A program made the translations under genes and the position numbers. Below are positions 12,000 through 22,573 of a DNA stretch of 64,000 bases, piece by piece (the stretch's first letter is position 1; every line of letters starts with the position of its first letter). Under the pieces are notes generated by a model that saw nothing but the letters and a program-made list of their open reading frames with translations, was not told the DNA's origin and did no database searches. The DNA is from Candidatus Latescibacterota bacterium (lineage in GTDB: Bacteria; Latescibacterota; UBA2968; UBA8231), in contig OZ242318.1 in NCBI GenBank assembly GCA_965208105.1, forward strand, positions 2,976,001-3,040,000, read 5' to 3'.

Positions 12000-12611
12000 G
12001 TGCTCGACAGGCTATTAAAATCGTGGCTGACATCTGCCCTGCGGCCACTGGCTAAACTCTTCATTCGCCTTGGCATCCGGCCTGACTGGCTCACCCTTGC
12101 AGGTCTGCTTTTCAGCCTAGTGGCCACGGCCGCGTTCGCCAAAGGTCATCTTCAGTTGGGGGCAGCGATTATGCTACTGGCCGGCCTCTGTGATTTGTTG
12201 GATGGCCAGGTCGCCAGGGAAGGCCGCAAGGAGACCAAATTCGGGGCCTTGCTTGATTCAACGACGGACCGCTATTCGGAGATTTTCGTATATTTTGGTA
12301 TCGGGACCTATTTGATCACCAGGGAGGAATGGCTTGTAAGTGGGGTTTTGTTCTTTGCCTTGTCGGGATCATTGATGGTCAGCTACGTCAGGGCTCGCGC
12401 CGAGGGTTTGGGGGAAAATTGCAAGGTAGGATTCATGCAGCGCCCCGAGCGAATTTCAGCCCTTGGCATCGGTGGTTTATGCGGCCACGAAGGACTTGTT
12501 CTGGTATTGGTGTTCCTGGCAGTAACAACAAATTTCACGGTTGTCGCACGTCTCGCCCATATTCGCAACAAACTGAAATCCAGCGCCAGTCCCTCTGCTC
12601 AAAGTTCCTAG
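12000..12611 (+). CDS. CDP-alcohol phosphatidyltransferase (PI/PIP-synthase-like subgroup)
   Basis: DLLDGQVAR...FGALLDSTTDR signature; SYVRARAE and RPER motifs. Confidence 0.9.
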   Translation: MLDRLLKSWLTSALRPLAKLFIRLGIRPDWLTLAGLLFSLVATAAFAKGHLQLGAAIMLLAGLCDLLDGQVAREGRKETKFGALLDSTTDRYSEIFVYFGIGTYLITREEWLVSGVLFFALSGSLMVSYVRARAEGLGENCKVGFMQRPERISALGIGGLCGHEGLVLVLVFLAVTTNFTVVARLAHIRNKLKSSASPSAQSS

Positions 12612-12649
12612 CTCCACTTTTCTCTCTCAAAAGTTTGGCAATCCCCCCT

Positions 12650-13297
12650 TTGCGTCAGGCCTTGTTCATCGTATTCGAGGGTATTGACGGAAGCGGTACA
12701 ACGACCCAGTGCCGGCTTCTAAGCAATTACACCGAAGGTGAAATGGGCTATTCTGTCGTACAGACCAGGGAGCCGGGGGGCACTTTCCTCGCCGAACGCA
12801 TTCGTCGCCTGGTTCTGGACCCCGAGGTCGGTGGAATCAATCCCAAAGCCGAGTTGTTCCTGTATGCAGCCAGCAGGGCGCAGCATATACAGGAGTTGAT
12901 CGGGCCTGCACTTCGTTCTGGAACTCCGGTCATTTGCGACCGATTTGCAGCCTCCAGTCTGGCATACCAGGGTTATGGTCGTGGTTTGGAGCTGAAGTTG
13001 GTCGAGCAGGTGAATAGACTCGCCACAGACGATTTATCCCCGGATGTCACCATCTACCTCGACCTGCCCGTAGAAATCGCCCAGCTGAGAATGAAAAACC
13101 GCGGCGGGGATTTGGACCGTTTGGAGCAGGTCGGCGCGGAGTTCCATGAGCGGGTCCGGCAGGGCTATCGGGAATTAGCCGCTGAAAGGCCGGAGAATTC
13201 CATCCTCCTAGATGCTACCCGGAAGCCGGAGGAGCTGGAAAAAAAGATCCGAGCAGAACTTTTTTCTCGATGGCCCAGGTTCCCTCTGAGAAAGTAA
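12650..13297 (+). CDS. tmk: Thymidylate kinase
   Basis: FIVFEGIDGSG, TREPGG, CDRF..SSLAYQG; TTG start inferred. Confidence 0.93.
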   Translation: MRQALFIVFEGIDGSGTTTQCRLLSNYTEGEMGYSVVQTREPGGTFLAERIRRLVLDPEVGGINPKAELFLYAASRAQHIQELIGPALRSGTPVICDRFAASSLAYQGYGRGLELKLVEQVNRLATDDLSPDVTIYLDLPVEIAQLRMKNRGGDLDRLEQVGAEFHERVRQGYRELAAERPENSILLDATRKPEELEKKIRAELFSRWPRFPLRK

Positions 13298-13304
13298 AGG
13301 GTCT

Positions 13305-15248
13305 TTGATGGAGACCACCTCTTTCAGAAGTAAGATTCCAAATACCGTTCTTCGGCCAAACACGGCAGATCCAGGTGTCCGGCGCTTCCTCAGGCCGTGG
13401 CGGTTCGTGGCAGGGGTGTTCCTGATTCCGGTATGCGCATGGTCCAGTGCAACGGACCCATATGAGGAAATCAACCTTGGTTGGGAGCGCTTCGGAGCAG
13501 TTTATTCACGTATCCTGGAAAGCTACTACTCTGACCTCAGCCATGATGAAATCATGCGTGCGGCGATCCATGGAGTCCTCGACCAGCTCGATTCATATAG
13601 TCAACTCTACAATGAGGAGGAGCTGCTTCGGCTTCAACAGGAATCCGCGGGCAGATTTGCAGGCCTCGGAATCACTGTAACCATAAAAGACAATTACCCA
13701 ATCATTACTTCCCCGATGGACGGAAGTCCAGCCCAGCGTGCCGGCCTATTGCCGGGAGACCTGATTGTTGCCATAGAGGGAAGGGATACCTACGGCTTTT
13801 CTCTGGATGAGGTAGTAGATGCTCTTCGCGGTGAGGCGGGCAGTGAAGTGAGTATCAGTGTGGCTCACAAAGTCGGGTCTGCCCCGCGCACGGTGGTTAT
13901 CAAGCGGGAGATAATCAAGATCCGCAGCGTAATCCTCGCGGAGGAGGTTCGGCCAGGTATTGGATATGTCAGCATGCGCCATACCCGGTTTTCAGATGAA
14001 ACGGCGAGGGAAGTCGAAGCAGGGCTGGTCAGCCTCAGAGAGAAGGGGATAAAAGGAGTAATCCTGGACTTGCGGGGAAACCCGGGGGGATTGTTGACCC
14101 AGGCCACGAAGGTGGTGGACCTGTTTCTGCCCAAAGGGCTCCCAATTGTCTCAATTCGGGAGCAGGAAGGTCGGCACCAGGAAACCAGATACTCGCTGCG
14201 AAAGCCGATCGTCAGGGATTTGCCCCTCGTGGTGTTGATCGACGGTGGAAGCGCAAGCGCTTCGGAAATAGTAGCCGGCGCTGTACAGGACAATGACCGA
14301 GGTGTAATTTTGGGCACGACTTCCTTCGGCAAAGGATCGGTGCAGACCATCTTCGAGCTTCAGGAGCCCCTGGGCAGTGCGCTGAAATTGACCACCGCAT
14401 TTTACCATACTCCGAGTGGCCGCAGTATCCACAGAAAAAATGCTTCCGGAACTCGTAAGTCTCTGATCAAATTGCCCGTTGGTGGACTGGAGGTGCCCTC
14501 CCATGTCCTGATTGACATTCTTCTGGGAGCGCCTGATCATTCACGGGCAACGGAACAGATCCGGGTCAGGTTCGATGTAGGGAAAGAGTTGGCAGAGCAA
14601 ATCCTCGGCACTCCATTGGGGGAATTGGTTGGCGGGTCAAAGAAAGGGCAGACCTGGTCCGATTCTCCTGCAGATATTCGTTCCCGTACGGATGGGATTT
14701 TTTATACACTCAAGGGGAGGAAAGTCCTCGGGGGTGGGGGGATTGTGCCCGATGTCGAGATCAGACCGGATAATCCGCCTTCCTACGCCCTGAATTTGGA
14801 GCAAAGGCGATTGCTCTTCGACTTTGTGGTCGACTACTTGCCTGTAGATTCTGTCCTGGTTTCTTCCGGGGTTGTGCCAGAGGTTGACGAAACAATGATG
14901 GAGTCATTCCGGGTTTTCCTGGGTGAGGCCGTGCCGCGCTCGGTATTCAGCGACCCGGGGCGCAGAGAAATAGATACATTGCGCAAGGTAGCAGATGAGA
15001 TGGGCTGGGGGGCCTTGGTCCTGGACTCCATTGACCGCCTGGAACAGGCCATTGAACAGGAGTTCGCTCGCGGATTCTCGCCCAAACTCGAAGGGTATAT
15101 CCGTGCAGCGCTAGAGCGAGAAATTTCTCTCAGGGTGGAAGGACCTGAAGCTCATCTTCGCACCGGCCTTGACCGGGATCCCCAGCTCGAAGAAGCAATT
15201 GATCTGTTGCAGAACCTGAAGCGCTACAGGCAAGTGCTGAAGGGTTGA
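13305..15248 (+). CDS. ctpA: S41A C-terminal processing protease with PDZ domain
   Basis: GLGI PDZ loop, DLRGNPGG, SASASEIV, FGKGSVQ, GGIVPD; the true start may lie further downstream. Confidence 0.92.
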   Translation: MMETTSFRSKIPNTVLRPNTADPGVRRFLRPWRFVAGVFLIPVCAWSSATDPYEEINLGWERFGAVYSRILESYYSDLSHDEIMRAAIHGVLDQLDSYSQLYNEEELLRLQQESAGRFAGLGITVTIKDNYPIITSPMDGSPAQRAGLLPGDLIVAIEGRDTYGFSLDEVVDALRGEAGSEVSISVAHKVGSAPRTVVIKREIIKIRSVILAEEVRPGIGYVSMRHTRFSDETAREVEAGLVSLREKGIKGVILDLRGNPGGLLTQATKVVDLFLPKGLPIVSIREQEGRHQETRYSLRKPIVRDLPLVVLIDGGSASASEIVAGAVQDNDRGVILGTTSFGKGSVQTIFELQEPLGSALKLTTAFYHTPSGRSIHRKNASGTRKSLIKLPVGGLEVPSHVLIDILLGAPDHSRATEQIRVRFDVGKELAEQILGTPLGELVGGSKKGQTWSDSPADIRSRTDGIFYTLKGRKVLGGGGIVPDVEIRPDNPPSYALNLEQRRLLFDFVVDYLPVDSVLVSSGVVPEVDETMMESFRVFLGEAVPRSVFSDPGRREIDTLRKVADEMGWGALVLDSIDRLEQAIEQEFARGFSPKLEGYIRAALEREISLRVEGPEAHLRTGLDRDPQLEEAIDLLQNLKRYRQVLKG

Positions 15249-15374
15249 ACTGGCCGGAGTCGAAATGGCTTCTCCCAGTTGCAGCAGAAAATCGATTGAA
15301 ACACTGTCATAGCGGAACCAGCAAGGCTCTAAGAAGAGCCAGGCTGGGATCGCATTCATTCAACGAAACCAGAT

Positions 15375-16907
15375 ATGAAAACAGAAATATTTATAAACGA
15401 AGGTATTCATGAGTCCCGCATTGCCATAATGGAAGACGGCTCGCTTGCGGAGATATGGATAGAACGGCCCGATAGCGAACGCATGGTAGGAAATGTCTAC
15501 AAAGGGCAAGTAGCCTCGGTTCTGCCCGGGTTGCAGGCAGCATTTGTGGAGATCGGCCATGATCGAACCACCTTCCTCCAGGCCCGCGACATGATTGGGA
15601 CCGAGATCGGAGAATTTGAAGTCGGAGGCAGGTCGCGTAGCGGCCGGCGCTCCCACTATGCCCAGTGCCCCCCCATACAAAAGATGATCAGAAGGGGAGA
15701 AAATGTCCTCGTGCAAATAACCAAGGAGCCGATCGGCACGAAAGGTGCGAGAGTCAGCACCCAGATTTCACTGGCCGGGCGTTTCCTGGTACTGGTCCCA
15801 GGAGGGGATTGGGTGCGAGTATCGCGCAAAATTTCCAGCCAGCAGGAGCGACGTCACCTGCGGGAGTTGGTTAACGGAATCCGGGCGAAGGGTTATTCCG
15901 TAATCGTTCGCACAGAAGGCCGGGGCAAGTCTGAAAAGGAATTCAAGCGGGATTTGAAGAACCTGGTGAAGGCCCATGAGGGGATTGTAAAGCTTTCAAA
16001 GAAGGTGGATGCCCCAGCCTTGCTTCACAAGGAACTGGGTATGACGTCAAGTGTAATCCGTGATTTGTTCAACGATGACATAGACCGGGTGGTGGTGGAC
16101 AAAAGGGACCTGTTTAATGAGATCGTAACCTACCTGCGCAAAGTTTCCCCCAAATTGCGAAAAAGGGTGCAGTTCTATCGCGAACGGCGTCCGGTATTCG
16201 ATGCCTTTGGAATTGAGGCGGAACTCGAGAAGGCAAACTGTCGCATATTGTGGATGCGCAAGGGAGGAAGTCTGGTCTTTGACCATGCTGAGGCCGGTAC
16301 TTTTATAGATGTCAACTCAGCGCGTTACGTGGGATCCGACAACCAGGAGACAACCAACTTAAATACCAACCTGGAAGCTGCCCGTGAAATAGCAAGACAG
16401 ATTCGACTGCGGGACATTGGGGGAATTATCGTTGTGGATTTTATCGACATGAATGAGGATAAGAACCGCAGGAGGGTAGTGGATTTCCTGACCGAGGAGG
16501 TCAAAAAGGACCGCGCCAAAATCTCGATCAGCCCCCAAATCAGCGAATTTGGCCTGGTGGAGATGACGCGTCAGCGGGTTCGTCCCAATCTCCTGCACAC
16601 GCATAGCGAGCCGTGTCCAACATGCCAGGGCACCGGCAGGGTGACAGGTCCGGACACTACCGTAACCGAAATCGAGCGTTGGCTGCAGCGCTCCCATGCT
16701 ATTTGCCGCGAACGCCGCTTTGTGCTTGAGGTCCATCCAGAGGTGGCCAATTATTTGATGGAAAACAGGGAAGGAAGGCTGAAATCGATTCGCAAGGCTA
16801 CCAAGGCGCGTCTGCAGGTAGAAGCCGATCCCAGCCTTTCTCCCCAGGAGTACCGGTTTTTTTCCAACAAGCGCAAGCAGGATGTAACAGCAGAGTTCAA
16901 GGTTTGA
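15375..16907 (+). CDS. Ribonuclease Rne/Rng family (RNase G-size)
   Basis: S1 domain, KEPIGTKGAR, IDVNS, LRDIGGIIVVDFIDM, CPTCQG. Confidence 0.95.
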   Translation: MKTEIFINEGIHESRIAIMEDGSLAEIWIERPDSERMVGNVYKGQVASVLPGLQAAFVEIGHDRTTFLQARDMIGTEIGEFEVGGRSRSGRRSHYAQCPPIQKMIRRGENVLVQITKEPIGTKGARVSTQISLAGRFLVLVPGGDWVRVSRKISSQQERRHLRELVNGIRAKGYSVIVRTEGRGKSEKEFKRDLKNLVKAHEGIVKLSKKVDAPALLHKELGMTSSVIRDLFNDDIDRVVVDKRDLFNEIVTYLRKVSPKLRKRVQFYRERRPVFDAFGIEAELEKANCRILWMRKGGSLVFDHAEAGTFIDVNSARYVGSDNQETTNLNTNLEAAREIARQIRLRDIGGIIVVDFIDMNEDKNRRRVVDFLTEEVKKDRAKISISPQISEFGLVEMTRQRVRPNLLHTHSEPCPTCQGTGRVTGPDTTVTEIERWLQRSHAICRERRFVLEVHPEVANYLMENREGRLKSIRKATKARLQVEADPSLSPQEYRFFSNKRKQDVTAEFKV

Positions 16908-16943
16908 CAGAAGGAAGGGTGAAACTTATTTTTACCGTTCTAT

Positions 16944-16981
16944 GTGAAAATTTGAATGAGGAGTGAAAATTTGAATGAGGA
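16944..16981 (+). repeat. Perfect 19-bp tandem duplication containing the rplU Shine-Dalgarno
   Basis: GTGAAAATTTGAATGAGGA at 16944-16962 and 16963-16981. Confidence 0.9.
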
Positions 16982-16990
16982 GACCCTATC

Positions 16991-17344
16991 GTGTACGCCG
17001 TGGTTAAAATTTCCAGTGAACAAATCCAGGTCGTCAAGGGCAAGCGTGTCCGGGTGCCTAAATTGGAATTGGACCAGGGGAGCAGGCACCAATTCAAGGA
17101 AGTGATGCTGGTTTCGCAGGACGACGAGGTCAGAATTGGGAATCCCCTGATTGATGGCGCTTCGGTTGAAGCCACCGTGGTCGAACACGGCCGCGCTCAA
17201 AAAATCGTAGTCTACAAGATGCGGCGCCGAAAAAAGTATCGCCGCCGCAATGGTCACCGCCAAAACTACACCGAGTTGATGGTAGAAGATATTATCCTTC
17301 CCGACTCGAGTACTCCAAAGCAGGAGGAAAATCATGGCTCATAA
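16991..17344 (+). CDS. rplU: 50S ribosomal protein L21
   Basis: MYAVVK...[14 protein letters not shown]. Confidence 0.96.
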   Translation: MYAVVKISSEQIQVVKGKRVRVPKLELDQGSRHQFKEVMLVSQDDEVRIGNPLIDGASVEATVVEHGRAQKIVVYKMRRRKKYRRRNGHRQNYTELMVEDIILPDSSTPKQEENHGS

Positions 17345-17594
17345 GAAAGGTGTTGGTAGCTCGAGAAACGGTCGCGACAGCCATTCAAAGCGGTTGGGTG
17401 TAAAGCGGTTCGGTGGAGAAAGGGTCACTGCGGGAACCATCTTGGTGAGACAGCGCGGGACCAAAATCCGTCCTGGCCTAAATGTCAGGAAAGGTGGAGA
17501 TGACACCCTTTTTTCAATTATTGACGGAGCTGTGAAGTACGAGACCTGGGGAAGGCACCGGAAACGGGTCAGTGTTTACCGCACCACGGATTGA
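17334..17594 (+). CDS. rpmA: 50S ribosomal protein L27
   Basis: [16 protein letters not shown]. Confidence 0.98.
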   Translation: MAHKKGVGSSRNGRDSHSKRLGVKRFGGERVTAGTILVRQRGTKIRPGLNVRKGGDDTLFSIIDGAVKYETWGRHRKRVSVYRTTD

Positions 17595-17638
17595 CCTCGT
17601 ACCCCGACCTCGTCCATATGGTTTTGCCGGATTAATTC

Positions 17639-19348
17639 ATGGACGGACCTGTACATGACATCCTGATTCTGGGCGGTGGAGGTGCAGGGCTACGTGCTGC
17701 CATTGCAGCAGCGCAGGCTCACAAGGACCTTAGCATCGGCGTCGTTTCAAAGGTTTACCCGATGCGAAGTCACACTGTTTCTGCAGAGGGAGGCGCTGCA
17801 GCGGTCATGCGCGGCGAGGATAACTTTGATTCTCACGCATATGATACGATCAAAGGCAGCGACTTTCTGGCTGATCAAGACACTGTAGAGGCATTTGTAA
17901 TTGAAGCGCGCGACGAATTGGTCCAGATGGAGCACTGGGGCTGCCCCTGGAGCCGGGATGCCGATGGGCGGGTGAGCGTTCGGGCATTTGGAGGGATGTC
18001 CGTCAAGCGCACTCTCTATGCTGCAGACAAAACCGGCTTCCACATGCTGCATACCCTTTTTCAAACATCTTTGCAGCATGAACAGATCAAGCGCTACGAT
18101 GAATGGTACGTCACTTCTCTGCTCGTAGACGAGGACAAGGTCTGCGGTGCGGCAGGCCTGAACCTGCGCTCTGGCGAAATTCATGCACTTGCTGCCAAAT
18201 CCGTGATCCTTTGCACCGGCGGCGGCGGACGCATTTTTCCCTTCACTACCAATGCTGCGATCAAGACCGGAGATGGCATGTCCATGGCTTACCGGGCTGG
18301 TTGCCCTTTGAAAGACATGGAATTCGTACAGTACCACCCCACTGGCTTGCCGGGGACAGGCATTCTGATGACCGAAGCATCCCGTGGGGAGGGAGGGTAT
18401 TTGATTAACAGCGCCGGGGACCGCTATTTGAGTGAATACTTGCCTACCAAAATGGAACTGGGTCCTCGGGACATGGTTTCTCGTGCCTTTGTCTACGAAG
18501 AGCGTGCCGGACGTGTCTTTTCCGGTCCCTATGGGAGCTATGTTCATCTGGACCTTCGCCATTTGGGGGAAAAGATCATAAACGACAGAATTCCCTTCGT
18601 CCGCGAACTAACCAGGAACTACGTCGGGATCGATCCTGTTCACCATCCCATACCAGTCCGACCCGTAGTCCATTACATGATGGGAGGGGTGCATACTGAC
18701 ATCAGCGGTAAAACCCCTGTCGAAGGACTGTATGCTGCCGGAGAGACCGCTTGTGTCAGTATCAACGGAGCGAACCGCCTGGGCTCAAACTCTCTTTCAG
18801 AGTGCCTGGTATTCGGCGCTCGTGCAGGCAAAGCCGCTGCCCTTCACGCTTTGGAGCAGAAGGCGGGGAGAAGTTCCATCCCGGAGCAGCTTGCCCGGAA
18901 TGAAATGAAGGAGGTGAGGGGAAGGTTCAACTCGCATGGCAAAGGGAAGGAGCGCATTTCTTCCATTCGCACTGACCTGCAAAATACCATGGAGAGGGAT
19001 GCAGGCATTTACCGGACAGAGGAAGGGCTTGAAGAAGCCTGTGCAGAACTGGTCACGTTGCGCGAGCGCTATGGGCGTGTAATGCTCGAGGACGGGTCAG
19101 AAGTATACAACACGGAGCTTACTTCAGCCCTGGAGCTTGGCTGTATGCTGGACGTGGCAGAAGCAGTCGCTCACTCAGCACTCAGACGGCAGGAGTCGAG
19201 AGGGTCTCACGCACGATCGGACTTCGAGGCCCGCGACGACCAACGGTTTTTGCAGCATTCTTTGGCCTACCGCTCCGAAGGTGAACCGCGGATTGAGTAT
19301 CTTCCCGCCACTATTACCCGCTGGCAACCTGAAGAGCGCAAATACTAA
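17639..19348 (+). CDS. frdA: Fumarate reductase/succinate dehydrogenase flavoprotein
   Basis: [10 protein letters not shown] (covalent-FAD His), [22 protein letters not shown]. Confidence 0.93.
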   Translation: MDGPVHDILILGGGGAGLRAAIAAAQAHKDLSIGVVSKVYPMRSHTVSAEGGAAAVMRGEDNFDSHAYDTIKGSDFLADQDTVEAFVIEARDELVQMEHWGCPWSRDADGRVSVRAFGGMSVKRTLYAADKTGFHMLHTLFQTSLQHEQIKRYDEWYVTSLLVDEDKVCGAAGLNLRSGEIHALAAKSVILCTGGGGRIFPFTTNAAIKTGDGMSMAYRAGCPLKDMEFVQYHPTGLPGTGILMTEASRGEGGYLINSAGDRYLSEYLPTKMELGPRDMVSRAFVYEERAGRVFSGPYGSYVHLDLRHLGEKIINDRIPFVRELTRNYVGIDPVHHPIPVRPVVHYMMGGVHTDISGKTPVEGLYAAGETACVSINGANRLGSNSLSECLVFGARAGKAAALHALEQKAGRSSIPEQLARNEMKEVRGRFNSHGKGKERISSIRTDLQNTMERDAGIYRTEEGLEEACAELVTLRERYGRVMLEDGSEVYNTELTSALELGCMLDVAEAVAHSALRRQESRGSHARSDFEARDDQRFLQHSLAYRSEGEPRIEYLPATITRWQPEERKY

Positions 19349-19366
19349 CCTGATGGTTGGCATCTC

Positions 19367-20113
19367 GTGAGTGAAAAAAACGTTACTTTGAAGGTGTTCC
19401 GCTACTCCCCGGAGCAAGGAGGGGAGCCCACAGAGCAAGAATACGAGGTTCCTTTCCGCGACGACTGGGTTGTTCTCGATGCCCTTAACTACATCAAGGA
19501 CCAAATAGATGGTACGCTGTCTTACCGCTGGTCCTGCCGGATGGGAGTTTGTGGCAGTTGCGGAATGATGGTCAATGGTGAACCGAAGTTGACGTGCGCG
19601 ACCTTCCTGCGTGATTATTTCCCCGATGAAATTCGGGTGGCTCCGCTTTCCAATTTTTCTGTCGTCCGCGACCTGGTGGTCGAACTGGACGACTTTTTAG
19701 GAAAAATTCAAGCTGTAAAACCGTGGATTATCCGCAAGGAGGAGAGGCCGGTAGAAGAAGGCGAGTATCTCCAGACGCCGGACCAGCTTGCCGAGTTCAA
19801 GCAATTCAGCATGTGCATCAACTGCGCCTTGTGTTATTCGGCTTGCCCGGTTTATGGCCCTGACTCTGACTTTCTCGGTCCGGCCGCTCTGGCACTGGCC
19901 TACCGCTACAACCTCGATTCCAGGGATGAAGGCCGGGAGGAACGGGAGGATGTCATTGCCAGCGAAGAGGGGATATGGAACTGCACTTTTGTGGGTGAGT
20001 GTTCCGCAGTCTGTCCCAAGGAGGTGGACCCTGCAGTGGCCATCCAGCGCTCCAAGGTGGATGTCACTTCCAACTGGTTCAAATCATTCATCATGCCGTG
20101 GAAAAACAGATGA
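19367..20113 (+). CDS. frdB: Fumarate reductase iron-sulfur subunit
   Basis: [38 protein letters not shown]. Confidence 0.93.
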   Translation: MSEKNVTLKVFRYSPEQGGEPTEQEYEVPFRDDWVVLDALNYIKDQIDGTLSYRWSCRMGVCGSCGMMVNGEPKLTCATFLRDYFPDEIRVAPLSNFSVVRDLVVELDDFLGKIQAVKPWIIRKEERPVEEGEYLQTPDQLAEFKQFSMCINCALCYSACPVYGPDSDFLGPAALALAYRYNLDSRDEGREEREDVIASEEGIWNCTFVGECSAVCPKEVDPAVAIQRSKVDVTSNWFKSFIMPWKNR

Positions 20114-20550
20114 ACAGTCACCCTGAAAGGCGCCCGTACGAACCGGGTTACTACAAGTACAAGCTCCATGTTCCTTCGAGACCTCCGACCTGGTGGCTGC
20201 GAAATCTCAAGTACTTCCTTTTCATGATGAGGGAAATTAGCAGTGCCATCATCGGCCTTTTTCTCCTTTTCTATCTCTTTGAAATTTTCCTTCTCAGCAG
20301 AGGTCCCGAGGCACACGGCGGCTTTCAAGAATTGCTGCGCAGCCCGGGGTTTGTTCTTTTCTATGCGGTTGCATTTATTTTCGCGCTCTATCACTCCATT
20401 ACCTGGTTTGGCGCCGTGGGTAGAATTCAGGTTGTGCGGGTGGGAGGTTGGAAGGTTCCCCCGGCGCTGGTGACGGCCAGCGCCTTCGTGGGTTGGATTG
20501 CTGTTTCGGCGATTATCGGGTTTTACCTCCTTGGTGGCGACCATGTATGA
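20110..20550 (+). CDS. frdC: Fumarate reductase membrane anchor subunit C
   Basis: TWW....Y..FMMRE and HSITWF motifs; 3 TM. Confidence 0.88.
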   Translation: MNSHPERRPYEPGYYKYKLHVPSRPPTWWLRNLKYFLFMMREISSAIIGLFLLFYLFEIFLLSRGPEAHGGFQELLRSPGFVLFYAVAFIFALYHSITWFGAVGRIQVVRVGGWKVPPALVTASAFVGWIAVSAIIGFYLLGGDHV

Positions 20551-20902
20551 AATGGATAGGAGGGAGCCTTTCTGGTGGGGCTTGTTTTCCCTGGGTGGGG
20601 TAATTGCCGCGCTGCTTGTGCCCGTTCACATATTCGTCCATGGACTGGCGGTTCCGCTCGGCCTGGTTGAAGGACAAGTGCTGACATACGAGCCTATGCG
20701 GGTTCTGGTCGGTTCCGCATTTGTCAAAGTCTATATCCTGGGACTGGTGGCCCTTCCCCTATGCCACGCTGCCCACCGGGTGCGCTTTACTCTTTATGAA
20801 TTGGGGCTCAGAAACACTGGTCTGCCTTTGGGGTTTCTCTGCTATGGCCTCGCTCTGACGGTTGCCTGTGTTGCTGCCTATATCCTGTTCCAGCTGGTGT
20901 GA
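20543..20902 (+). CDS. frdD: Fumarate reductase membrane anchor subunit D
   Basis: EPFWWGLFSLGG and HAAHR motifs; 3 TM. Confidence 0.88.
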   Translation: MYEMDRREPFWWGLFSLGGVIAALLVPVHIFVHGLAVPLGLVEGQVLTYEPMRVLVGSAFVKVYILGLVALPLCHAAHRVRFTLYELGLRNTGLPLGFLCYGLALTVACVAAYILFQLV

Positions 20903-21336
20903 GATGGGCAGGCTTTTTTGTTTGAGCCAGAGTCCCTGCAGCCGAGGCTTTCTCAAGTTGGGGTCGGGCGGTTGACGCTTCCGAATTTCGCTCATGACGG
21001 GTATCGAATTGCCGGCTGAAGCCTTGATTTGATCTGAATTCCTCTTCCCGGCCGGGCAGAGTTGCCATTCCCCCAATCCATATTTTCGCACGCGCTGGCA
21101 CTTCGTCGCAAGCCAGGACGCAAAGGCTGGTTGCAGCTGCGGCAGTGAGGCTCGGATTTCATGAGGCAGGGACCTCTATTGGCCCTGGCTTCATCCCATG
21201 GATATGTGGTTTCATGGCAGTGCGGAATCCGGACTATCAAGCACTGCCCTGTGTCCGCGAAATTTTTCAGCCATTTGCCTGCTGAACACAGCAGCAAAAC
21301 CGGAGGATATACTCCTGTGAAGGGAATGCATGGTGC

Positions 21337-22497
21337 ATGAAGATTCATGAATTTCAGGCCAAAGATCTTCTTCGGACATACCAGGTTCCCGTGCCTCCGG
21401 GAGGCGTTGCCGGCAGTGCCGATGAGGCCGAAAAAATCGCCGAGGAGATAGGCGGTCCAGTTGTTGTCAAAGCCCAGATTCATGCTGGCGGCCGTGGCAA
21501 AGGTGGCGGAATCAGGTTGGCTGATGGTCCAAGGGCCGCCGGGCGAGTGGCAAGCGAAATCATCGGAATGAGATTGGTCACTGCCCAGACTGGAGGCGAG
21601 GGGCAAAAGGTCAATCGCGTACTGGTCGAGGCTGCCAGCGAAATTGAGCGCGAGTTCTACATCGGGATTACACTGGACAGATCTCTGAGCAAGCTGGTGG
21701 TTATGGCCAGCCGTGAAGGCGGAGTGGAGGTCGAGAAGGTGGCGGCCGAAAGATCCGCAGACATCATCAGGGAGACCGTGGATCCGGGGTCGGGGCTATT
21801 GCCCTTCCAGGCTGCCAGGCTGGCTTTTGGTTTGGGCCTGGAAAGCCATCTGGTTCGCCAGGCAGCCAAAGTTATTCTCGGGTTGTACAAAGTTTACCAG
21901 GAATCGGATTGTTCTCTGGTAGAGGTGAATCCCCTGATACTTTCCAAAGATGGCAGGATTGTGGCCCTGGATGCCAAGATCAGCATTGACGACAATGCCC
22001 TTTTCCGCCATAAGGACCTGGCCGGGTTGCGGGATCTGGACGAGGAAGAAAAGATTGAGGTAGAAGCTGCCAGGTTCGGTCTGAATTACGTCAAGCTCGA
22101 TGGCAATATCGGGTGCATGGTCAACGGAGCAGGCCTGGCCATGGCCACTATGGACCTCATCAAGCTGGCGGGCGGCAGGCCTGCAAACTTTTTGGACGTT
22201 GGAGGGGGAGCTAGCGCTGAAATGGTGGAAAATGGTATCCGGATTCTGCTTTCCGACCCCAGCGTAAGAGGGATATTCGTCAATATCTTTGGGGGTATAG
22301 TTCGCTGTGACCGCGTGGCTGAAGGAGTAATCCTGGCATGTGAGAAATTAGATGCCAAAGTGCCAATCATGGTGCGTCTGGCGGGTACCAACGCAGACAT
22401 AGCGCACGAAATGTTGAAGGGTTCCGGCTTGAATTTTTTGGTCGCCACTGACCTTGAAGGGGCCGCGGAAAAAATTATATCTTCCATCAACTGCTAG
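21337..22497 (+). CDS. sucC: Succinyl-CoA synthetase beta subunit
   Basis: [44 protein letters not shown]. Confidence 0.97.
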   Translation: MKIHEFQAKDLLRTYQVPVPPGGVAGSADEAEKIAEEIGGPVVVKAQIHAGGRGKGGGIRLADGPRAAGRVASEIIGMRLVTAQTGGEGQKVNRVLVEAASEIEREFYIGITLDRSLSKLVVMASREGGVEVEKVAAERSADIIRETVDPGSGLLPFQAARLAFGLGLESHLVRQAAKVILGLYKVYQESDCSLVEVNPLILSKDGRIVALDAKISIDDNALFRHKDLAGLRDLDEEEKIEVEAARFGLNYVKLDGNIGCMVNGAGLAMATMDLIKLAGGRPANFLDVGGGASAEMVENGIRILLSDPSVRGIFVNIFGGIVRCDRVAEGVILACEKLDAKVPIMVRLAGTNADIAHEMLKGSGLNFLVATDLEGAAEKIISSINC

Positions 22498-22573
22498 TAT
22501 TTCCGGGCTGCCTGCCGGAGAAAGAACGCTATCTGCCAATAGAAAGCCCACCTGGTTTGGCAAGGGAAAACCA

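Noticed and set aside
20903-21336. 434-bp frdD-sucC gap with a CRSC-containing minus-strand frame
   Set aside because: No second CxxC, no RBS and no convincing RNA structure; cannot be supported.
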